From assembly GCF_004010195.1 (NCBI RefSeq), contig NC_057718.1, positions 66,349,351 to 66,413,350 of the forward strand: DNA of 64,000 bases, read 5' to 3'. A model generated the notes under the pieces. It saw nothing but the letters and a program-made list of their open reading frames with translations. It was not told the origin of the DNA and made no database searches. Positions within the stretch are counted from its first letter, which is position 1. Each line of letters opens with the position of its first letter. A program made the position numbers and the translations under genes. Source of the DNA: Chiloscyllium plagiosum (taxonomy: Eukaryota). Below are positions 26,187 through 38,261 of the stretch, piece by piece.

Positions 26187-27389
26187 ATGGGTAACTCAGA
26201 CAGCCAGTACAATCTGCAAGGAACTAAAGGTAACATTGAGGGGAAGTCGATGCCTGTTGGCAGGCAGAAGTCATGTGCTCTGAAAATTCGAAGTGTTCAC
26301 GCCAATGAAGAAAAATCACGCTCTTCTTTTGGCTGGGGCTATAGTGGCAGCAACATAGGTTACAAAGCAAGATCTCTGGGCAAAAATTGCCTTTCTCAGC
26401 ACAAAAGCAACCAACGATACACTTTCAATCGTTCTTCATGTCAAAATGAGTCAATGATGGGTAGTAGCAAAGCATATACCAGGTGCCATCAGGGTCACAT
26501 GGGGAAATATCATGGGAATGATAAATTATCTGCAAACAATTTTGGCTGCTTTTATCTTAACAAAACAGACAATCATACTAAAGCTCCAGAGTACAATGAC
26601 TTTGTCTTAAATGGACACAGGATAGCTGAAAATATAACTCCATTCAAGAAACCAGAAGGAGAAAGCAGTCCAAAGGTTCTTATCAAAACTCTGGGAAAAT
26701 TTGATGGGGACATAAGGGTTGAGTTTCATAGTGGCAATGGTGATGCTGGCAGCAAAGCACCCTGTGATGAATCCCATGGGCCAGTTCAACTTTTGAGATA
26801 TTCTCTTGCAATGGAATCAAGTAAACAAAATAATGTACAAATTGATGGTAGTAAAGGAAACCTCATGGACCAGAGTTCTTTGCTTGGTGAGGAGCGATTA
26901 AAATCAAGCAAAGGCAGCTCGATCAGCTCTGAGTATTCTTGGCCAGAGTTGCCTTGGGGACACAATGCATACACCAGCGATTATGATAAAATGCACATAA
27001 TTGAGAAAGCTACTGAGGCAAGTAATCTTGAAAGCATTTTACCAAATAATGACCATCTCTTCCAAAGATCATCTCTCTCTTCTTTGCAAATGCTATACAA
27101 TGATGCTGCTGTAGGACTTTCCATACCCTCAGGGAATGAATTTTCAGATGGCTACAGAAACATGGCTTTTAATCCTCACAATTTGTTTGAGAGTACATTT
27201 TCCAACTGCATGAGTGCTCTATCTGATGAAGAGGGTAGAGGAAACACACAATATACCTATTATACACTTCCGTGTCGCAAGCCCAAGCACCTGTCTGAGG
27301 ATGGCTCTTCAAGAGTTGCTCTAAAAGGTCGAATGCGGCGTTTAAGTGCTTGGACTGGCAGCCTTACAAGAAAGAAGAGGAAACTACAG
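26187..27389 (+). CDS. TIAM2: TIAM2 first coding exon (401 codons; exon starts at 26181, 6 nt before the ATG); N-terminal myristoylation-type motif MGNSDS
   Basis: MGNSDSQY...SPKVLIKTLGK...RVEFH...TLPCRKPK...RKKRKLQ resembles vertebrate TIAM2 (TIAM1 starts MGNAES). Acceptor ttcttccttatcctcag ends at 26180. Donor CAG|GCAAGT at 27390 gives phase 0, matching the next exon. Confidence 0.95.
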
Positions 27390-27929
27390 GCAAGTAATCT
27401 TTTGGTTTGGTGGAGTTTGAGAATTACCACACTGTTCTAATTTAAAATGGTATATACACTAAATGCTATCAGAAGAGGAATACTTTGATGCTAGAACTGT
27501 TAACAGATTGTCAAATGTGAGTTTTAAAATTTAACCTTCAGTCTTCAGAACAGGTTCCATGCTAGTTTACGTTTTTGCGCTCCTGTGCTGCAGAGCTAAA
27601 ATCTGCTGCTGTTATGGTAACAAAGCCTTTCAAATATTAGCATCAATTTTATTGCCAGAATTACTAAAATAAAGACCATTATGTAATTCTGATCACCTTG
27701 TCACTTCATGTTTTTTTTCTGATTTGCTTCTTGATCCATGTCCTATCTCTATCTTTGTTTAAATTTTATTCTCTATTATATTTGAATATATAATTTAAAA
27801 AAAAATGTTTCAAAGTTGTATTCCATTTGCTTACTGGTTTCCACCCCCCCCCCCCCCCATTTTTTTGGGAAGCAATGAAATGCTTTTACTAGCTGCAAAG
27901 ACTTTTAGGAGTGAATGTGATAGCTAAAA

Positions 27930-28260
27930 TATATCATGGGAGGAAGCCCATCAAGTCTGTGCTAGTCACCCAACACCTGTCTACTACTCACTTCCCAGTA
28001 CCTGACCCATAACCTTGTATGCTATGGTATTTCAGCTTCTCTTCCCCCAAGGAAAAGAGCCCTCGTCTCTCTCTTTATAGCTGAATCGTTCCAGTTTAGG
28101 CAACATCCTTATGAATTTCTTTTATACACTCTCCAATACAATCACATCCTTTCAATAGTGTAGAGACCAGAACTACACCACTGTTCCAGTTGTTGTCTAA
28201 CCAATGTCCTTTACCATTCCATCTTAACCTCCCAGCTATTGTATTCTATGCCCCTTTATG
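27930..28260 (-). mobile_element. old CR1 3' fragment
   Basis: caatcacatcctttcaatagtgtagagaccagaactacac is the reverse of the VQFWSPHY.KDVI motif. Confidence 0.65.
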
Positions 28261-29456
28261 TTAATAAATAAATATAAAAATACATCTATCTATGTTCTGT
28301 ACCTTGTCATGGTCATTATTTGATACAGAAAAGATGCTGCTGAATGCATCTTCCCTCCCTGAAAAGGTACTGTCTGGATGTCTACATTTCTCTGTGTTGT
28401 GCTAAAGTTGTAATTGACTAAAGCAAAAATATCTATTTCTGGAAAATAATGTTATCATGCCCATGGGAACTAAAAACAACTAATGCAAATAAACTGGTGG
28501 ACAAGATTTTACTTTTTAAAGATTTTATTGTAACAGTCTAAAGTTAACTTGTCAAACATGAGTTGATTTACCAACATATGCATTATAAATGTAATACAAC
28601 TGAAAGATATCTTCTGAAAACCTTTTATTGTGTGCTGAGTTTCTGGCAGATTTTGTAACATTGAATAACTAGGCCTATAGACACTCCTGGCTCACCAGCA
28701 GAATTTCCTTCTCCCCATCATTCAATGTCAAAACTTCTAGTATTCTTTTACCAGTTGTTCCAATCCATTTGAGTTTTCTAGATGTGCTTAGAACCAGCAA
28801 GATGAACATCTGACATTCCATTCCTTAAATCTCTTTCCAAAAAATCAATTTTTATTCCCTTTCTTTTGAACAGAAACCAAAATCTTACCAGCATCTTGTT
28901 TAACTATTTACACAAGAGCAGCTGACCTTGTTTCTCGATGGCAATGGCACCTTTGTGTCAGTGTCTCAAGCAACAGCTGCCTCTTTGCTGTGATGTACTG
29001 AGGGAAAATGTTGATGGATTTCAGTCAAGTTTCTTTTCTCATGGCAACTGAAGCTTGTGGGTATTTCTCCAAGCCAAAGTATTTATCCAGAGTTCTTTGG
29101 TTTACTTTGGGTTGAAGGTTTATTTCAAAACATAATTGTTTTGTAAAGTTAGTCAGGATAAGGTTTATTATTACAAATGTTAACTGAGTTGATGATTAAA
29201 CTTGTGGACTGGATAGTTGAATATTTTTTTGCTCCTGATAAGCGGACTTGTATGACCTAACATTATCATTTTGGGAGTCAATGGTGGGGTGAATAAAAAA
29301 CTACCCAGTATATGTTCTAGGGCCATTCACTTCTACACTCGTTAGCTAAATATTACACCAGCCTTGCAAGTTAAACAGATAAACATACATTTGACTGTGT
29401 TTCAATCAGTATCAACTGTGTATTATTCACACACCTTATGCTTGATAACATTTTTA

Positions 29457-30047
29457 CAGAGTCATTTGAGATATACAACATGGAAACGGACCCTTCAGTC
29501 TGACTTGCCCATGTCGACCAGATAGTCTAAATTAATCCAGTTCCATTTGCCAGCACTTGGTCATTATCCGTCTAAACCATTCCTGTTCATATACTCATGC
29601 AAATGCCCTTTAAATGTTGTAGTAGTACTAACTTCCACCACTTCCCTGGCAGCTCATTCCATACACTCACCACCATCTGTGTGAAACAGTTGCCCCTTAG
29701 GTCCCTTTTAAATCTTTCCCCCCATCCTAATCTTTGCCCTCTAGTTCTGGGCTTCCTCACCTCTAGGAAAAAGACCGTGTCTATTTATCCTATCCATGCC
29801 CCTCATAAATTTATATCCCGTCAGCCTCTGACGTTCCAGGAAAAAACAGCTCCAGCTATTCAGCCTCTCCCTTAGCTCAAGCCCTCCAACCCTGGCCATG
29901 TCCTTGTAAATCTTTTCTGAACCATTCAAGTTTCACAACATCCTTCCTTGGGGGGAAGACCAGAATTACAAACAACATTCCAAAAGTGGCCAAACCATTG
30001 TCACAACATGATCTCCAAACTCTTATACTCAATGCTCTGACGAATAA
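29457..30047 (-). mobile_element. HER1-like CR1 3' end
   Basis: colinear with 2095-2678 and 11953-12606. Confidence 0.88.
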
Positions 30048-31773
30048 AATGTAGAACTTCTGACCAAAATTTTAATTTTTGTTAATTATTTTTGTTGTTT
30101 GTTCAGCTGCTGCAGTTATCTATAAATAAGTCTAAAGTCAAAATGCCAAAAATTAAATTCCTTAGAAGCTGAGACTGTGTGTATGTTCATTAGGAGCTCT
30201 AGTGAAAACATCGTGACATTTGGGAAAAGAACTGCATACACCTTTGCTGAGTTTCCTGTTCATTTTTAACAATGATCCCAATCACTTGCAATAACACATC
30301 TGAACATACAAATTAGGAGCAGAAGGACATTTTTGGCCCTTCAAGTCTGCTCTGCTATTCGGCAAGATCATGGTTGATTTGATTACTCCACATTCTCAGC
30401 TGCTCCTATAACCTTTCACACTCTTGCTTCTCAATATCATATCTACCCTTGCTTTAAAAATATTCAAAGATTGTGCCCAGAATTATATTTTGTTGAATAA
30501 GAAACTTGCTGTAATAATTGGTATTATGGTCAAACCTGAAAATTGAGTTGTGTTTTTAAGCCCTTATATTTTTAGACTTGAAATATTTGAGATTTTTATC
30601 CAAAGAATTTTAAGTTTAAGCAAGCTACAGCAGTTAAAAACCAATTTAACTTCCAGATCAAATATTGACATTAGAAACTTCACAAAAAGTGTTTTAGTGG
30701 ATAAATATTCCATGGCATGGCATTATAAGCAGTTCCTGTAAGAGTCTTGTGGGAACATATAAATTGTGAAGAAGGTCTTGTGCTCCGATTGTTTTCTTTC
30801 TGACCTTTTTGATATGCTGAGGGAGGAATTGATCTTCCTTATGTCTATTTTTGGATAAATGACCAGTTCTGATCAATTTCCCCCCTGCCCCCACCATACT
30901 TTGGACATCGTTGATTTCCAAATATCTAGGCCACTGGCCTGACATAGATGTTGAAAAATTTATGAACATCCAGGTTTCAGCTCAAAATTATCATCAAATG
31001 GAAGAATTGATTTTTATTTGCTCCCTCTTGAGATGTGAGTATAGTTGATAGGCCAGTTTTTATTGTCCATTCCCAATTGTCCTTGACAAGGCTGTGGTGG
31101 CTACCCTTCTCGGGTACCCGAAGTAGTTATTTTTTTGCATGTTGTGGTAAAAATTCTGCAGAGTTCTCCCTGTTTTTAGTGGGTTACTACTGGCTGAGGC
31201 CTGTCCCTGCTGCATTCCCCTCTACCTTTGGTTGCAGCTGGGTGTTCCAGAATTCAGAATCTGAATTCTCTGAAAAACATTTGTAGAAAATGCAGCATGT
31301 TATTAAACTGCACCCACTTAAGCAAACAAGGGAAGAAAGGAATTGACATTCCACTGTTAGCTTGGGTGGACCGATTTAGTTTTCTTATCTTTGAGACAGA
31401 AGATGAGATCTCCCCTGTTTCAATGGGTAATGAAAGGGCTTGCTGAGCTGGGGATGATGGGACAAAGCCTGTGGTTGGACGTTTGTCAAACAGTTACAGG
31501 CAGAAGATCATTTTCTGACAGATAAATTTACAGATCCGTGAAAGATTCTGTTAGCTGCATTATTGAGCTATTGAATATGTGCATTATAATCAGTGCTGAT
31601 TAAACTCTTCCATTGACTTTGTTTTAAAAGTCCTTCATAAGACCATCTGATTTTTCATCTATTAAAATGTTGGGCTACTACTTTAATGAGCCTAATTTTA
31701 CCTTTTACTGACAGTTCATAATTTAAGAATATTTAGCATTTATTCCCCCTTATTCACGAACATGTCATAGAAA

Positions 31774-31896
31774 GTTAAAAATCACACAACACCAGATTAT
31801 AGTCCAACAGGTTTATTTGGAAGCACAAGCTTTTTGAGCGCTGCTTCTTCATCAAGTGATTATGTTCCCAGTCCAAAACGGGCATCTCCAAATCAA
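31774..31896. mobile_element. 123-bp Penelope family 2 mini-insertion (inverted terminal segment plus forward tail) with a 10-bp TSD
   Basis: gtcatagaaa at 31764-31773 and 31897-31906; the insert matches 36643-36771, partly inverted. Confidence 0.85.
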
Positions 31897-32059
31897 GTCA
31901 TAGAAAATACCTTTTAATTATTCTTTCCATGGATTCCAAATGGGCATGCCTCTGGAAATAGCCATTGTCAATAAATGTGGTGCTTGAGTTTTATTGAGTA
32001 TTATAATTAATCATTATACTATATTATGAATAGCCTTTTCCCTAGAAATTAGAATCTCA

Positions 32060-32650
32060 AAAATGAACAGCATGCAAGGACACAATTCTGCTTAGAAGGA
32101 GCCATCCAGCTTAATCCTACTTTCCAGCTCTCAGTCCATAATAGATGTCATAGTCTCATAGGTTACATCACTTCAAATGCACACAAAAGTTCTTTTAAAA
32201 AGTTTTTAAAATGCTGCTACTGCCCCATCCAGCAAGTTTGAGATCATCAATCCCTCAACGCTCTAACCCTAAGTCTGTACCCCTTGGTCATGGATCCTTG
32301 AACTAAGTGGAGTAACGCTTTCCTATTATTCTAATTAAACAACATGTAATTTTATGGATTTCAATTAGCTGGCCCTTCTGTCTCCTCTGTTTGCATACAA
32401 ACAGGTTTTGCCTATCTAATCTTACCTCATAGCTAAAATTCTCCAGTCAACATGCTCAACGAATTCTTCTCTAATACAGTTGCTTCTTTCTAATTGTGTG
32501 GTAATCCGAACTTCATGCAGTATTCCAATTGTGGCTTTAGTTCCAGCACAGTCTCACAACTATAATATTAGCATAATTGAGAGAAAATAGGCAGGTATCT
32601 CATATATCATGTTAACCATCTATCTGCTGAACCACCTTCAGGATTCTGTG
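32060..32650 (-). mobile_element. old CR1 3' fragment
   Basis: gtggtaatccgaacttcatgcagtattccaattgtgg is the reverse of the PQLEYC..F motif. Confidence 0.6.
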
Positions 32651-32656
32651 GAATCG

Positions 32657-35600
32657 TAGAACATAGAACATAACAGTGCAGTACAGGCCCTTTGGCCCTC
32701 GATGTTGCGCCGTCCTGTGAAACTAATCCAAAGCCCATCTAACTTGCACTATTCCATTCTTGTCCATATGCCTATCCAGTGACCATGTAAATGCCCGTAA
32801 GGTTGGTGAATCTACAACTGTTGCAGTCAAGGTGTTCCACACCCCTACTACTCTGAGTAAAGAAACTACCTCTGCCATCTGTCCTATATCCATCACCCTT
32901 CAACTTAAAGCTATGCCCCCGTGTGCTAGCCGTTGCCATCCTAGAGAAAAGGCTCTCACCGTCCACCCAATCTAACCTTCTGACCATCTTATATGTCGCA
33001 ATCAAGTCACGTTTAACCATCTTCTCTCTAAAGAAAACAGCCTCAAGTCCCTCAACCTTACCTCGTAAGATCTTCCCTCCGTACCAGGTAACATCCTAGT
33101 AAATCTCCCCAAACCCTTTCCAACGCTTCCACATCCTTCCTATAATGTGATTACCAGAACTTCACACAATACTCCAAATGTGACCTCACTAGAATTTTGT
33201 ACAGCTGCAGCATGATCTCATGGTTCTGAAACTCTATCCCTCTACTAGTAAAAGCTAACACATGGTATGCCGTTTAACAACCCCATCAACCTGGGTGGCA
33301 ACTTTGATTTCTCTGCTTATCTGCACTAACAAGAATCTTACCATTAACCCAGTACTCTGCATTCCTGTTGCTCCTTCCAAAGTGAATCACCTCACACTTT
33401 CCTGCATTAAACTCCATTTGCCACCCCTCAACCTAGCTCTGCAGCTTATCTATGTCCCACTGTAACCTCCAACATCCTTCAATACTATTCACAACTGTAC
33501 CAACCTTCGTATTGTCTGCAGATTTACTAGCGCATCCTTCTACACCCTCATCCAGGTCGTTTATAAAAATGACAAACAGCAGTGGACCCAAAACAGATCC
33601 TTGCGGTCTGTTTTTCAGCTCGCCAATTTCTGACCTAAGCTGCTAAATTGCCCACTATTCCATGCTTCCATATTTTGTGCAGTAGCCCACCATGGGAAAC
33701 CTTGTCAAGCACCTTACTAAAATTTTTATACACAACATAATGTCTTTATCCTCATCCACCTGTTTGGTCACCATGTCAAAGAACTCAATAACACTTGAGA
33801 GGCATGACCTACCCTTCACAAAACTAGGCTGACCATCCCTAATCATCTTTTTCCTATCGAGAGGATTATAAATTCTATCTCTCATAACCTTTTCCAACGC
33901 TTTACCCACAACCCAAGTAAAGCTCACTGGTCTATAATTACCAGGGTTGTCTTGAACCTGGGAACAGCGTTAGTCTTCTGGCACTATTCCTGTAGACAGT
34001 GACGACATGCCAAAGGCTCAGAAACCTCCTCCCTGGTTTCGGCCCAGGGTATTTATCTATTTTCACACTTTCCAGAATTTCTATCACCACCTCCTTGTGA
34101 ACCTCAATCTCATCTAGTCTAGTAGCCTGTTTCACAGTATTCTCCTCGACAACATTGTCAGTATTCACACTGGAAAAAGACATTTAAATTCATTTCGCAC
34201 TTCCCCCAAGTCATTCCTTTTACTATTGCCTCAGATTTTTGCAATACCTTGGGCGAAGTACTATGACATACTGTTCTATATTAGAGATGGAAGATAAATT
34301 TAAAATGATGCTTCTGTTCTGCCACCGCTCCCCCCCCCCCCCCCAACCCCCACCACCACCCCCAACACCGCCACCACCCCCAACACCGCCACCACCTCTT
34401 CTATCGTTTTCACTGTTCTTAATGAAACATCTAAATCCCGGAACCTGCAACAACCATTCCTGTCTGTGCTCTACTGATATCTCTGAAATGGCTGCAACAT
34501 CAAAATCCCAAGTATTGACCCATGTTGCAAGTTCTCCCACCTTATTCCAGATGCTCCTGGCATTTCAAACCAACCTTTACTTTGCCAGTCCCCTCTTGCA
34601 ACATTGAAACCTTATTTTGGACATCCCTACTCTCAACCTCCTCTGTACTGTAACTACAATTTAGGTTCCCATCCCCTGGCTGAATTAATGTAAACCTACC
34701 CGAAGAGCATCAGCAAACTCCTTCGCCCCCCCCCACCCTCACCCCAAGGATATTGGTACCCCTCTGATTCAGGTGTAGACCATTCTGTTTGTAGAGGTCC
34801 CACCTACCCCAGAAAGAGCCCCAATTATCCAGGAATCCAATACCTCCCTCCTGCACCATCCCTGTAGCCACGTACTCAACTCCTCTCTCTACCTATTCCT
34901 CACCTCGCTAGCACGTGGCATAGGCAACACACCAGAGAAAACAACTCTATTTGTCCTAGCTCTAAACTTTCACCCCAGCTTCCTGAATTTCTGCCTTAAA
35001 TTCCCATCTCTTCTTCCTACCTATATTGTTGGTGTCTATGTGGGCCAGGACTGGGGGCTGCTCCCCCTTCTCCACAAAGATCCCAAAAACACGATCAGAG
35101 ACATCATGAACCTTGGCACCTGGGAGGCAACACACCAACCGTGAGTCTGACTCATTCCCACAGAACCTCCTGTCTGTCCCCCTAACTATGGAGTCCTCAA
35201 TGACCTCCCCCTTCCTTTCTGAGCAACAGGGACAGACTCTGCCAGAGACCTGTACCCCATTGCTTACCCCTGGTAAATCATCCCCCACAACAGAATCCAA
35301 ATCAGCATGCCCATTGAGGAGAATGGCCACAAGGGATCCCTGCATTGCCTGCTGGGTTCCTTTTCCGTCCCCAACACTAACCCATCTACATTCTTCTTGT
35401 ACCTGAGGTGTGACTACCTTCCTGTAACTCCTCTCAATAACCCCCTCTGCCTCCTGAATGATCCAGTGTTCATCCAGCTCCAGTTCCCAAATGCAGTTTT
35501 TGAGGAATTGGGTGCACTTCCCACAGATGCAGTCAGCAGGGACGCTAATGGTGACCCTTACCTCCCACATTCTGCAGGAGGAACATTCAATTGCCCTAAC

Positions 35601-35845
35601 CTCCATTCCCACTATTCTAAATTCCCAATGAGCCTATTGAAAACTAAAAGAGGTGACAAAAAAAGACTAGTCACCTTATTGGTCTGGCATACAGAACAAT
35701 TTTTCTTTTGGTTAAAGGAGGAGGATGGGTGGGAGACACTAACTGAGTAGTGTTTCGGGTAAAGCAACCACCCAAATATGAAGCCTCACTTACCCAGCAG
35801 TCCCGTGTCTGTTCCTAATCAGTGTGCGCTCTTCCTATAAACGAG
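32657..35845 (-). mobile_element. CR1 LINE retaining 5'UTR, ORF1 (Cys-rich region + SGNH esterase) and an internally deleted ORF2
   Basis: ORF 34962..35612 CSSCRMW..CICGKC..DSIVRGTDRRFCG..RLVCCLPGAKV..AHIDTNNIG; ORF2 remnants WDFDVAAISE, FVKGRSCLSSVIEFFD, RDLIATYKMV; (tagaaca)n tail at 32657. Confidence 0.92.
34322..34396. repeat. C-rich tandem repeat (C run plus an 18-bp unit cccaacaccgccaccacc, x2 perfect + 1 degenerate)
   Basis: directly visible in the sequence. Confidence 0.9.
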
Positions 35846-35858
35846 GTATAGGAACAGG

Positions 35859-36771
35859 CAACAGAGGAAAGTGGCTGAGCAGAGGCTGATAGCTAAGTTC
35901 GGTACCCATAGGGAGGGCCTCAACCGGGACCTTGGGTTCAAGTCACATTACAGGTGATCACCATTGCACTACACACACACACACACACACAGATATTCCT
36001 ACACACACACACTCTCACATGCACACGGACACAGATACACACATACGCGCACACAGACACCCACACACACCCTTATAGACACACACATTCCCACACATGC
36101 ACCCCCTCACAGACTTAAGACACTCTGCACTCACTATATATACACACACTCACACTTTCTCACACTCACAACCCCCACCTCAGACAGACACACACAGAGA
36201 CAGACAAAGACCCACATGCACGCATATATATTGTGTGTGGTGAATTTTTCTGGTACTTTCAGAGTTACATTGCACTTTACTCAAAAACCACATAGATTCA
36301 TGTCGAACTCTGAGCTCAAAAACTGCATGAATTTATGTAAAACTCTGTTATTTCACTTTTTAGATTGGAATCAATCTAAACATCAGGTCATAGACAGAGA
36401 ACACAGGGGGCTAACACCTTCAACATATTGTCTAGCTATCGCCATTGTCAATAGCTAACCCGAGAATGCAACTTTTTAAAAAAAAAATGGGTTTTGTGAT
36501 TTACACATGAAAGAAGTGAAACTATCACTGTATTCTAACAGATGGAAGGCTTAACAGACAATCAATTCTTCAATGTATAATTTCAGTTACATCACACTGC
36601 AAATTTTTGCTATAAATTCTGTGTTGCGATCGAGCCCTCCACAATCACCTGATGATGGAGCATCGCTCCGAAAGCTAGTGTGCTTCCAATTAAACCTGTT
36701 GGACTATAACCTGGTGTTGTGTGATTTTTAACTTTGTACACGCCAGTCCAACACCGGCATCTCCGAATCAT
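35859..36771 (+). mobile_element. Penelope-like element (family 2), 3' portion: end of GIY-YIG ORF, CA-rich 3'UTR, hammerhead-bearing terminus
   Basis: 35859-35957 translates QQRKVAEQRLIAKFGTHREGLNRDLGFKSHYR* (PLE C-terminal GLN motif); (CA)n-rich 35970-36225; terminus matches 31774-31896. Confidence 0.85.
36646..36680 (+). ncRNA. minimal type I hammerhead ribozyme motif (intact core)
   Basis: CAC-CTGATGA-T-GGAGC-atc-GCTCC-GAAA-GC-TA^-GTG: stem I CAC/GTG, 5-bp stem II, palindromic AGCT in place of stem III, CUA triplet. Confidence 0.8.
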
Positions 36772-37061
36772 GGAAAATCTCAGTCAGCCTCCTTTTAATT
36801 AGTCTGGTCATACCGAGCATAGACAAAAAGGTGATTGTGGCACAACTATCTTCTCAGCCCCAAGGCATCACTGAAGACATACCTGTATCAGATGCTTCAT
36901 CAGTCACTTTCCTCTATCATAGGGTTAGAATTGGAGTTGATCATTGATTGCATAATAGTCAGTACCCCACACAACTCTTCAGATAATGGAGCAGTCTGCA
37001 TCTGCCATTGGCATGATCTGGAGAACGTTCGGGTTTGGATTGATAAAAGCCAAGTAACTTT

Positions 37062-37384
37062 GGAATCATGGAATCCTTACAGTGTGGAAACACAACAAGT
37101 CCACACCAACCCTCTGAAGAGTATCCCACCCAGAGTCATTCCCCTACCCTATTACTATACATTTCCCCTGACTAATGCACCCAAACTACACATACCTGAA
37201 AACTATGGACAATTTACCTGCACATCTTTGGACTGTGGGAGGAAACCAGAGCACCTGGAGTAAACCCACGCAGACACTGGGAGAATGTGCAAACTCCACA
37301 CAGACAGTCTACTGAGGCTGGAATCTAACCAGAGTCCCTGGTGCTGTGAGGCAGCAGTGCTAACCCCTGAGCCACCATCCTGCC
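37062..37384 (-). mobile_element. HE1-type V-SINE (antisense)
   Basis: reverse complement of the + strand copies (tgcacatctttggactgtgggagg...gtgcaaactccacacag...gcagcagtgctaacc). Confidence 0.92.
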
Positions 37385-37702
37385 TCCAGTTTCCTCATTT
37401 CTCCTCCCTCCACCTTGTATCAGTCCCAACCCTCGAACTTGGCACTACCTTCCTAACCTGCAATCTTCTTCCTGACCTCTCCACCCCCACCCCCACTCCG
37501 GCCTATCACCCTCACCTTAACCTCCTACCACCTATCGCATTTCCAACGCCCCTCCCCCAAGTCCCTCCTCCGTACCTTTTATCTTAGCCTGCTTGGCACA
37601 CTCTCCTCATTCCTGAAGAAGGGCTCATACCCGAAATGTCGATTCTCCTGCTCCTTGGATGCTGCCTGACCTGCTGCGCTTTTCCAGCAACACATTTTCA
37701 GC
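37385..37702 (+). mobile_element. Penelope family 1 3' end with a hammerhead motif at 37609-37644
   Basis: attc-CTGAAGA-A-GGG-ctcata-CCC-GAAA-TG-TC-gatt, then gatgctgcctgacctgctgcgcttttccagcaacac. Confidence 0.85.
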
Positions 37703-37704
37703 AT

Positions 37705-38250
37705 TCATCTTGAGAGGGCTAGAATATAAAAGCAGAGATATACTTCTGAAGCTTTTTCAGGCTCTGGTCAGACCAAATTTAGAATATTGTGAGCAATTTT
37801 GGACCCCATACCCTCAGGAAGGATGTATTGGCCCTGGAATGGGTCCAGAGGAGGTTCATTAGAATAAACCCAGGGATGAAAGGCTTAACATAAGCGGAAC
37901 ATTTGAGGACTCTGGGACTATACTCAATGGTGTTTAGAAGGATGAGAGGGGAACTGATTTGAAATTTACAGAATACTGAACGTCCTGGACAGAGTGGACG
38001 TTGGTGAGATCTTACCATTGGCAGAAGAGATGAGGACCTGAGGGTACAGCCTGAGAGTAAAGGGGAGAACCTATAGAACCGAGATAAGGAGAAATTCTTA
38101 ACCAGTGAGTAGTAAATCTGTGGAATTCATTGCCACAGAAGGCTGTGGAAGCCAGGTCATTGAGTATATTTTAAACAGAGATTGAGGATTTCTTGATTGC
38201 CAAAGGATCTAAGGTTATGGGGAGAAAGCAGGAAAATGAGATTGAAAAAC
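37705..38250 (+). mobile_element. CR1 3' fragment
   Basis: FILRGLEYKSRDILLKLFQALVRPNLEYCEQFWTPY (ORF 37659..37862). Confidence 0.88.
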
Positions 38251-38261
38251 CTCTCAGGAGG

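Noticed and set aside
26187..27440. 417-aa ORF as a standalone single-exon gene
   Set aside because: The last 16 aa are intronic read-through past the GC donor; the frame continues in exon 2.
27844..27868. C run followed by a T run
   Set aside because: Simple homopolymers with no supporting structure.
34239..34607. Poly-proline ORF
   Set aside because: It is the antisense reading of the C-rich repeat inside a CR1.
35964..36458. His/Thr-rich 164-aa ORF
   Set aside because: Translation of a (CA)n-rich Penelope 3'UTR.
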